32,000 bases of DNA from Ignicoccus islandicus DSM 13165 (GTDB lineage Archaea; Thermoproteota; Thermoprotei_A; Sulfolobales; Ignicoccaceae). Position 1 is the stretch's first letter, and each line of letters starts with the position of its first letter. The translations under genes and the position numbers were made by a program. The stretch spans positions 840,001 through 872,000 of the forward strand of contig NZ_CP006867.1 of NCBI RefSeq assembly GCF_001481685.1, in the 5' to 3' direction. This document shows positions 26,512-32,000 of this stretch, piece after piece. The notes beneath the pieces are model-generated. The model did no database searches and was not told the DNA's origin. It saw only the letters and a program-made list of their open reading frames with translations.

Positions 26512-27753
26512 GTGTTCCAGAAGATCAAGCCACCGGAAGGAGGGGAGTTCATAAAAGTCGAGGGAGGCAAGCTAGTAGTACCGCCTAACCCGATCGTACC
26601 TTACATAGAGGGAGACGGAATAGGCCCCGAAGTGGTCAACGCCGCTCGGAAGATGGTAGACGCTGCGGTTGAAACCAGCTACAAGGGCGAGAGGAAGATA
26701 GTATGGTGGAAGGTCTACGCTGGAATAGAAGCTGAGCCCATTTACGGCACCTTGCTACCCGAGGACACCCTTAACGCCATAAAGACGGCTAGAGTCGCCC
26801 TCAAAGGTCCCATGACCACCCCAATAGGTTCCGGTTGGAGGAGCGTCAACGTAGCTCTGAGACAGTTACTCGACTTGTACGCTAACATAAGGCCAGTCAA
26901 GTACATCAAGGGCATACCGGCTCCTCACAAATACGCCGACAAGGTAGACATTATAATATTCAGGGAGAACACTGAAGACGTTTACGCTGGAATAGAGTGG
27001 AAGTACGATAGCCCGGAGGCCGCGAAGATAAGGGAATTCTTGAAGAAGGAATTCAACATACAATTAAGGGAAGACAGTGGAATAGGACTCAAACCGATAT
27101 CTAGATTCGCTACTCGGAGAATAATGAGGGCCGCCTTGAACTGGGCCATAGAATACAACCGGAAGAGGGTTACCGTTATGCATAAAGGCAACATAATGAA
27201 GTACACCGAAGGATACTTCAAGATATGGGCGTTCGAGCTGGCGAAGGAGGAGTTCGGAGATAAGGTAGTGTTTGAAGAGGAGCTACAAGGAGGAGAGGTA
27301 CCCGAAGGGAAAATATTGGTGAACGATAGGATAGCCGACAACATGTTCAACCAAATAATAACCAGGCCTTGGGACTACGACGTAATAGTCACGCCCAACC
27401 TCAACGGCGATTACCTAAGCGACGCGGCAGCTGCTCTCGTAGGCGGCCTCGGAATAGCCCCTGGCGCTAACGTAGGCGACAACATAGGTATGTTCGAACC
27501 TATCCACGGTTCGGCTCCTAAGTACGCTGGTAAGAACGTAGCTAATCCAACCGCTACTGCTCTAAGCGCTGCAATAATGCTAGACTACATAGGTTGGCAC
27601 GAAGCGGCAGATCTATTAAGAAAGGGTATAGAAGAAACCATTGCTAGCCACAAGGTAACTCAAGACATCGCTAGGCATTTAGGAATAGAACCACTCAGCA
27701 CTACTGAATTCACCGAGGAAGTAATAAAGAACATAAAGAGGCTGGGAACTTGA
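26512..27753 (+). CDS. icd: Isocitrate dehydrogenase (NADP-dependent, prokaryotic homodimeric type)
   Basis: 413 aa with a GTG start. IEGDGIGPEV, SVNVALRQLLDLYANIRPVKY, NLNGDYLSDAAAALVGGLGIAPGAN. Confidence 0.95.
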   Translation: MFQKIKPPEGGEFIKVEGGKLVVPPNPIVPYIEGDGIGPEVVNAARKMVDAAVETSYKGERKIVWWKVYAGIEAEPIYGTLLPEDTLNAIKTARVALKGPMTTPIGSGWRSVNVALRQLLDLYANIRPVKYIKGIPAPHKYADKVDIIIFRENTEDVYAGIEWKYDSPEAAKIREFLKKEFNIQLREDSGIGLKPISRFATRRIMRAALNWAIEYNRKRVTVMHKGNIMKYTEGYFKIWAFELAKEEFGDKVVFEEELQGGEVPEGKILVNDRIADNMFNQIITRPWDYDVIVTPNLNGDYLSDAAAALVGGLGIAPGANVGDNIGMFEPIHGSAPKYAGKNVANPTATALSAAIMLDYIGWHEAADLLRKGIEETIASHKVTQDIARHLGIEPLSTTEFTEEVIKNIKRLGT

Positions 27754-28043
27754 AAGAGCTTCACTTGGCCTTCCTAATTTACGCTACCCAAATGGCTCCT
27801 AAAACCCAACTTGACGAGGTCCTGGCAGAGACCTTGGGCGTATTGATGGAAAACGAGGAGGATTTCGTTCACGCAGTTAAGTTGACTAAAATACTCGCAT
27901 TGGATTTGCAAATACTCGCGAAAGCGGCAGTAAAGGCCTTCGGCGAAAAGGCTTTAGAGTTCAAGGAAGTAATTGAGAAGGAGTTCAAGCAAGGAGAGCA
28001 ATGGGAAAGATACGTTAAGAGGTTTTCCTCCAAGGCGAGGTGA
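27750..28043 (+). CDS. Hypothetical all-helical small protein
   Basis: 97 aa. TTG start overlaps the icd stop (TTGA). The 3' end overlaps the convergent xpf gene by 29 nt. No recognisable motif. Confidence 0.35.
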   Translation: MKELHLAFLIYATQMAPKTQLDEVLAETLGVLMENEEDFVHAVKLTKILALDLQILAKAAVKAFGEKALEFKEVIEKEFKQGEQWERYVKRFSSKAR

Positions 28044-28680
28044 GTATTTTCACTATTTCCTTTGCCTTGCTCTCGCTTATTCCCTCAACCCTAGCCAGCT
28101 CGACCTCGCTCGCGTTGTAAACAGCTCTTACGCTTCCGAACCTAGATAAGAGCCTTTCCGCCAGGGCCGGTCCTATTCCGGGAAGACATTGGACCAAGAA
28201 CCTCTGCCAGTCCTCTAGCTTATTGAGCGGAGGTTTACCTTGGACCTTAACTGGCACTCTCCTCTTGTTACCCTCTTGCTCTCTACGTGTGAGGAAAGCT
28301 ATTACCCTAGCTGCGTCCTCTACGGTCGGAGCGTAGAGCACCCCTATTTGAAAATCGTATTGAAGAGAAGCTATTGCTGAGGGAACGCCGTGACCCGCCT
28401 TAGAGAACTTGAGCGCCCTCCAATCACCTTCTATTAGAAAGAATGGTCTTTCGAACGCCTCCTTCAACCTCTTAGCTTGGTCAAACAACCTTCCGTCCTT
28501 CAAGCTATTAATTAAGTCCCTAACGGTCTTCCTTTCTATTGCTACCTTCTCAGATATCACGTAATCGGCAACGGGCAGCTGCTCCCACGTTATTACTATT
28601 CCATTTTTCAAAAGCAACTTGGGGAGCTCACTATTCTTTTCCCTTATGTCGACGTAGATTCTAAGCAAGGGTCCTCGCAA
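28015..28680 (-). CDS. xpf: XPF/ERCC4-family structure-specific endonuclease, short crenarchaeal form (nuclease plus HhH2, no helicase domain)
   Basis: 221 aa with a TTG start. VDIRE ... LPVADYVIS..VAIERKTVRDLINSLKDGRLFDQ (ERCC4 GDxnERKxxxD core), and a C-terminal tandem HhH (LPGIGPALAERLL ... VEGISESKAKEIV). Confidence 0.85.
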   Translation of the reverse strand: MRGPLLRIYVDIREKNSELPKLLLKNGIVITWEQLPVADYVISEKVAIERKTVRDLINSLKDGRLFDQAKRLKEAFERPFFLIEGDWRALKFSKAGHGVPSAIASLQYDFQIGVLYAPTVEDAARVIAFLTRREQEGNKRRVPVKVQGKPPLNKLEDWQRFLVQCLPGIGPALAERLLSRFGSVRAVYNASEVELARVEGISESKAKEIVKILTSPWRKTS

Positions 28681-29623
28681 TCCGCCTACTAGTCCTACCT
28701 AATAGTTTATTGATGAGTTCCTCTAAGCCAATTACCTTCGGTATTACGGCTCCGGCCGCGCCCTTATGACCGCCTCCCCTCCCACCTAATTCCTCAGCGA
28801 TGGAAGAGAGGAGCTCCGAGACGTCGAAGCCCTTCTTCAATATCCTCGGAGAGCACCTAGCGTATATCCTGTACTCGTCCTTCTCCTCCCTAATCACGTA
28901 TACGACGTCCAGGCCCAGCTGAACTAAGGTCCTCGCCGCGTCCCCCTCGTTAGCCCCTACGTAAGTAGCGCCTATCACGTAATCCTTAACCTTCCTATGA
29001 ACCAACCTCTCGCAAGCCTTAATCCTACTAATCCTTTTCGAAAGGTCCAGCTCCTCTTGGCTCTCTAGCAACTTAAACGCCGTTTCCAAGGACCCGGCTT
29101 GGGAGAGCCACTCCATTACGCTAAACGTTGAGCTCTTAGCTAACTTGAAGGCCTTGCTATCGTAAATTATTCCAGCCATTAACGCTTCGGCAACGTTCCT
29201 AGGTAGGTTAATTCCCTTGAGTTTGAGCACCTTCGCTATTACCTCCGATGTGGATGAGGCATCGGGATCTACTAGGAAGGGCTCTATGTCCCCGGTTACG
29301 TGGTGATCTATCCTATACGCTTCCTTCCCTTCTAGGATTACGTTCGGTAATTGCGAGAGGGAGGCAGTATCTAAGATAACTAGGACCTCTTCGCGCGGGA
29401 CCTCCTCCTTGAATTCCAGTCCAACGTGTTCCGCTAATCTCTTTCCCAGAGAGGAGAGTCCCCCGGGGGCATAGAACTCTGGGTCCCCTATTAACGAAAA
29501 CGGGGAAGCTGCGCCTACTGCATCTGGATCGGCGTGCCTGTGAACCACTACCGCGTACCTACTCCCCTTTAGTCTCTCCAGCAGTTTCACTCCTTTGCAG
29601 TAGTCTATCAAGCTCTCTTTCAC
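28661..29623 (-). CDS. DHH/DHHA1-family phosphoesterase (NrnA/RecJ-like, catalytic motifs intact)
   Basis: 320 aa with a GTG start. HRHADPDAVGA (motifs I/II), IDHHV (DHH motif), GGGHKGAAGA (DHHA1 GGGH). Confidence 0.85.
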   Translation of the reverse strand: MKESLIDYCKGVKLLERLKGSRYAVVVHRHADPDAVGAASPFSLIGDPEFYAPGGLSSLGKRLAEHVGLEFKEEVPREEVLVILDTASLSQLPNVILEGKEAYRIDHHVTGDIEPFLVDPDASSTSEVIAKVLKLKGINLPRNVAEALMAGIIYDSKAFKLAKSSTFSVMEWLSQAGSLETAFKLLESQEELDLSKRISRIKACERLVHRKVKDYVIGATYVGANEGDAARTLVQLGLDVVYVIREEKDEYRIYARCSPRILKKGFDVSELLSSIAEELGGRGGGHKGAAGAVIPKVIGLEELINKLLGRTSRRIARTLA

Positions 29624-29855
29624 CTTCGTCCAAGGCCTCTTCGACCAATCGATCGTAGTCTATTCTCAGTTTGGCTCCGCTAACGCCTAGATCCATTTCC
29701 ACGTTCTTGCCTTCTTCGCCTATCTCAATTGAAATGGTGAGGTCCAAGTCTTCTATTCTCGTTTTACCCTCTTTTTCTATTCTCTCTTCCACCTTTTGGG
29801 AGGCCTTCAGCAAGGCCTCTACTAACTTCTCAACCTCCTCCAATTGCACCTGCAC
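29559..29855 (-). CDS. Small acidic hypothetical protein located between pfdB and the DHH gene
   Basis: 98 aa, Glu/Leu/Lys-rich. It fills the otherwise non-coding 206 nt between its neighbours on the same strand. It overlaps pfdB by 26 nt and the DHH gene by 65 nt. The true start is uncertain. Confidence 0.45.
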   Translation of the reverse strand: MQVQLEEVEKLVEALLKASQKVEERIEKEGKTRIEDLDLTISIEIGEEGKNVEMDLGVSGAKLRIDYDRLVEEALDEGERELDRLLQRSETAGETKGE

Positions 29856-30192
29856 CCATTACTTTATTCAATTCCTCCTTAAGCCTTTGAATTTCCTTCC
29901 TTATCATCTCCTCTTGCTTCTTGAGGCTTGCCAACTTTATTTCGAGCAACTCTATCTTATTTTCAACGTCCTTTATTGCCTCTTGTTTGGTTGTCTTGAC
30001 TAAGACGTGGCCTATGTTCCTAAATATTTCCGCGTCGTCCGGAAGCTTCTCAAGTTCTGATTTGACCCTCTTCAGCTCGTTGAGCTCAGCTTGGTAGAGG
30101 GTTAACTGCTGTACTACGTTCTCGTATAGCGCTTGTTGTTGTTGAAGTTGCGCTAGTAAGTTCTGGGCCTTGGGAGGTAAGTTCACGCTCAT
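29830..30192 (-). CDS. pfdB: Prefoldin beta subunit
   Basis: 120 aa. LPPKAQNLLAQLQQQQ ... ELEKLPDDAEIFRNIGHVLVKTTK ... coiled-coil arms typical of archaeal PfdB. Confidence 0.88.
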   Translation of the reverse strand: MSVNLPPKAQNLLAQLQQQQALYENVVQQLTLYQAELNELKRVKSELEKLPDDAEIFRNIGHVLVKTTKQEAIKDVENKIELLEIKLASLKKQEEMIRKEIQRLKEELNKVMGAGAIGGG

Positions 30193-30425
30193 GGCCTATC
30201 CTCCACGGCCTTAAGGGCTTCGGAGGCACTATATATCCAGTACATAAACGAGTTAGCAGCAGCCCTAAGAGCGCTCACGTCCTTGGCCTTGATTACTATT
30301 CTCTTATCATTTGCCTCTAACTGAACTCTCGAACTTGTGGGGGGATGGGTTACCTCTGGCAGCAAGGCGGTGAACACTGCTTCGTCGCACACTTCAATCT
30401 CTACTTCGCCTATCCACTCTCGCAA
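30189..30425 (-). CDS. pcc1: KEOPS complex subunit Pcc1-like protein
   Basis: 78 aa. IVIKAKDVSALRAAANSFMYWIYSASEAL resembles the Pcc1/CTAG signature. It sits in the conserved archaeal position between the Brix and pfdB genes, with an ATGA overlap onto pfdB. Confidence 0.7.
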   Translation of the reverse strand: MREWIGEVEIEVCDEAVFTALLPEVTHPPTSSRVQLEANDKRIVIKAKDVSALRAAANSFMYWIYSASEALKAVEDRP

Positions 30426-30981
30426 TCCTAATCACCGGACCGACTTTCAGGTTAGAACCGGAAGGCCGGAATATAACTTCGAACCCCCTTTCGTCCCTCT
30501 CAACGCTCGCTACTAAGTCCTCATCGCCTTCGCATTCGCCTAGGCCTAAGAGGTCCCTTAGGTTTCCTATGATTTCCTTCGTCTCTTCGTCTATAGCGTT
30601 TTCATCTATGCAAACTTTCTTAACATTGTAAACCCTCCTACCCGTTTCCGAGCTCAGGCTCAAACCCCTCAGAACTATTGTTCCTAATGGAACTAGTTCT
30701 ACTCCATCTACCGAGTAGACCTCTATTGAGTGGGGGTTCCCGTTTTTCTCTTTTACGATAATTACCCTCTCCGCTCCTAAGTCAGATGCTATAGAGCCGA
30801 GGAGCTCTAGCGCCGCTTTCCCTCTGCTCACTCTTTCCGAGTTCGGCAAGACGCTAGCCAGATCCTTCAAGAAAGTGCGCGTCCTCTGAGAGGGTTTGTG
30901 TGAGGTCGTTAGCAAGTACCTAACTCGTTGCTCCAATTCGCGTCCCATTTCGCATCCCTTCAGTACGGTAATTAACAGCAA
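30394..30981 (-). CDS. Brix/Imp4-superfamily ribosome biogenesis protein
   Basis: 195 aa. LLTTSHKPSQRTRTFLKDLASVLPNS near the N-terminus is typical of archaeal Brix-domain proteins. Confidence 0.8.
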   Translation of the reverse strand: MLLITVLKGCEMGRELEQRVRYLLTTSHKPSQRTRTFLKDLASVLPNSERVSRGKAALELLGSIASDLGAERVIIVKEKNGNPHSIEVYSVDGVELVPLGTIVLRGLSLSSETGRRVYNVKKVCIDENAIDEETKEIIGNLRDLLGLGECEGDEDLVASVERDERGFEVIFRPSGSNLKVGPVIRIARVDRRSRD

Positions 30982-31509
30982 TGAGGAGATCTTTCTATAA
31001 AAATAGATATCTGTTTTATGATTTATTCACCATCCCATGGTGAATACCCATCTCCACCCCTTGTCCAAATTCACATTTCCATTTACTCACAATCAATTCC
31101 ATCATTTCCTCAACCTTAATCATTTACGAAAAGAAACAATGGTCTCCTTAAGCACCTTCAGTTTCTACCGGACTTCCCAATTGTTAATTCCATTTTAACC
31201 CAATCAATTATCATTGTATTTGCAAAAACAAACAAGATTTACCACTCTTGAGCTCAGACCATCAGTACAAGGCCCTTTCAAGATCGATCTTTACAATGAG
31301 AAGGAGCTTAGATGGGTTAATAAGCGATCATGGGAACTTTAATGATCATGGGGATTTCTACTCAAGCCTACCTTATATAAGCATATGCATGTATATATTG
31401 GACAACTACTTGAATTCAAGTTCTGAGAGGAAAGGTATGGTTGAGGAAAGGCAGATGAAGGGAAAGGGTTAAAAGATGGAGAATTAGTTGTTTAAATAGG
31501 AGGGCAACG
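30982..31509 (+). promoter_or_regulatory. CRISPR leader, also serving as the Brix operon upstream region
   Basis: 528 nt with no credible ORF. TATA-like elements are TTATATAA (31373-31380), TATATATT (31392-31399) and TTTAAATA (31491-31498). The first repeat follows directly. Confidence 0.6.
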
Positions 31510-32000
31510 GTAGAGATCCAAGAGGGAGTGGAAAGCTAATCTTATTAGAGACGCGATTTCTTCGAATTCCCCGTAGAGATCCAAGAGGGAGTGGAAAGAA
31601 GATTTATGCGAATTCATAGCCTAATTCTTTTAAGAAGTAGAGATCCAAGAGGGAGTGGAAAGCAACCTCGATTTATTTTTTACGTTTTCTACGTTCTTTT
31701 ATGTAGAGATCCAAGAGGGAGTGGAAAGTTCTCTTTCTTCTTTTCCTTTAGCTCTTCAATTAGCAGTAGAGATCCAAGAGGGAGTGGAAAGCTTCTTCAT
31801 TTCTTCCTCCTTTTCTTTCAAGCCACGTAGCAGTAGAGATCCAAGAGGGAGTGGAAAGCAAACTCTCCCCGAATTCTTGCGCTTCGGTTGGGGTTCCCAT
31901 GTAGAGATCCAAGAGGGAGTGGAAAGATATGATAGCATATTACTCCATCTTCTTAGCTTCAAGAAGATAAGTAGAGATCCAAGAGGGAGTGGAAAGTCCG
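31510..32000 (+). CRISPR. CRISPR array with 8 identical 26-nt repeats (GTAGAGATCCAAGAGGGAGTGGAAAG), truncated by the window end
   Basis: Repeats lie at 31510-31535, 31573-31598, 31637-31662, 31703-31728, 31766-31791, 31833-31858, 31901-31926 and 31971-31996. The unique spacers are 37, 38, 40, 37, 41, 42 and 44 nt. The repeat ends in GGAAAG, as in crenarchaeal repeats that give an 8-nt 5' handle, and the AT-rich leader lies upstream, so transcription is on the + strand. Confidence 0.97.

Noticed and set aside
31248-31472. 74-aa TTG-initiated ORF in the CRISPR leader
   Set aside because: It has no ribosome-binding or homology evidence. It lies in an AT-rich leader containing the likely pre-crRNA promoter elements and is most simply non-coding.
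31591-31962. ORFs 31591-31830 (+) and 31756-31962 (-) with the repeated peptide RDPRGSGK / STPSWIS
   Set aside because: These are translations of the CRISPR repeats themselves. The periodic peptide is an artefact of the array.
1-32000. tRNA, rRNA, SRP RNA and RNase P RNA genes, and self-targeting of window sequences by the seven spacers
   Set aside because: No intergenic segment shows cloverleaf-like GC-rich stems or is long enough for these RNAs. By eye I could not find any spacer match elsewhere in the window, but this was not an exhaustive search and should be repeated computationally.

Overview
This is a dense, gene-packed chromosomal stretch of a thermophilic archaeon, most likely a crenarchaeote or other TACK member. 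The evidence for that placement: a short XPF nuclease (ERCC4 plus HhH2 only), a free-standing ThrRS editing paralog, a Brix-Pcc1-prefoldin beta cluster, isopentenyl phosphate kinase, T-tract terminators and TATA boxes 25-35 nt upstream of starts, many TTG/GTG starts, and a CRISPR repeat ending in GGAAAG. I cannot name the species from sequence alone.

I support about 37 protein genes. Most are housekeeping:
- the C-terminus of A-type ATPase subunit I
- a four-subunit 2-oxoacid:ferredoxin oxidoreductase operon
- Opp/Dpp-type ABC permeases plus a single ATPase
- TatD, Pelota, TldD, CTP synthase, IPK
- a beta-RFAP-synthase-like protein and a WtpA-like binding protein
- the ThrRS editing paralog
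- a 1003-aa CcmF-like protein
- an MTHFS-like protein, isocitrate dehydrogenase, XPF and a DHH phosphoesterase

The right edge carries a 528-nt leader and a CRISPR array with 8 identical 26-nt repeats that runs off the window. There are no cas genes on the upstream side. I found no tRNA or rRNA genes.

I cannot point to an unambiguous new multi-gene system. The most interesting items are:
- the orphan CcmF-like protein with a greatly expanded extracytoplasmic domain
- the gapless, overlapping six-gene operon Brix-Pcc1-PfdB-small acidic protein-DHH-XPF, which links a DHH nuclease to XPF
- the ThrRS-ed/WtpA/beta-RFAP-synthase-like overlapping gene string
- a small cluster of uncharacterised genes at 23.5-26.4 kb (ZPR1-like, FeoA-like, a 2-TM protein, a membrane-anchored zinc-PLC-like protein and a 201-aa orphan)
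- compositional oddities of the CRISPR leader and spacers

All functional calls come from motif recognition by eye. None has been checked against a database.
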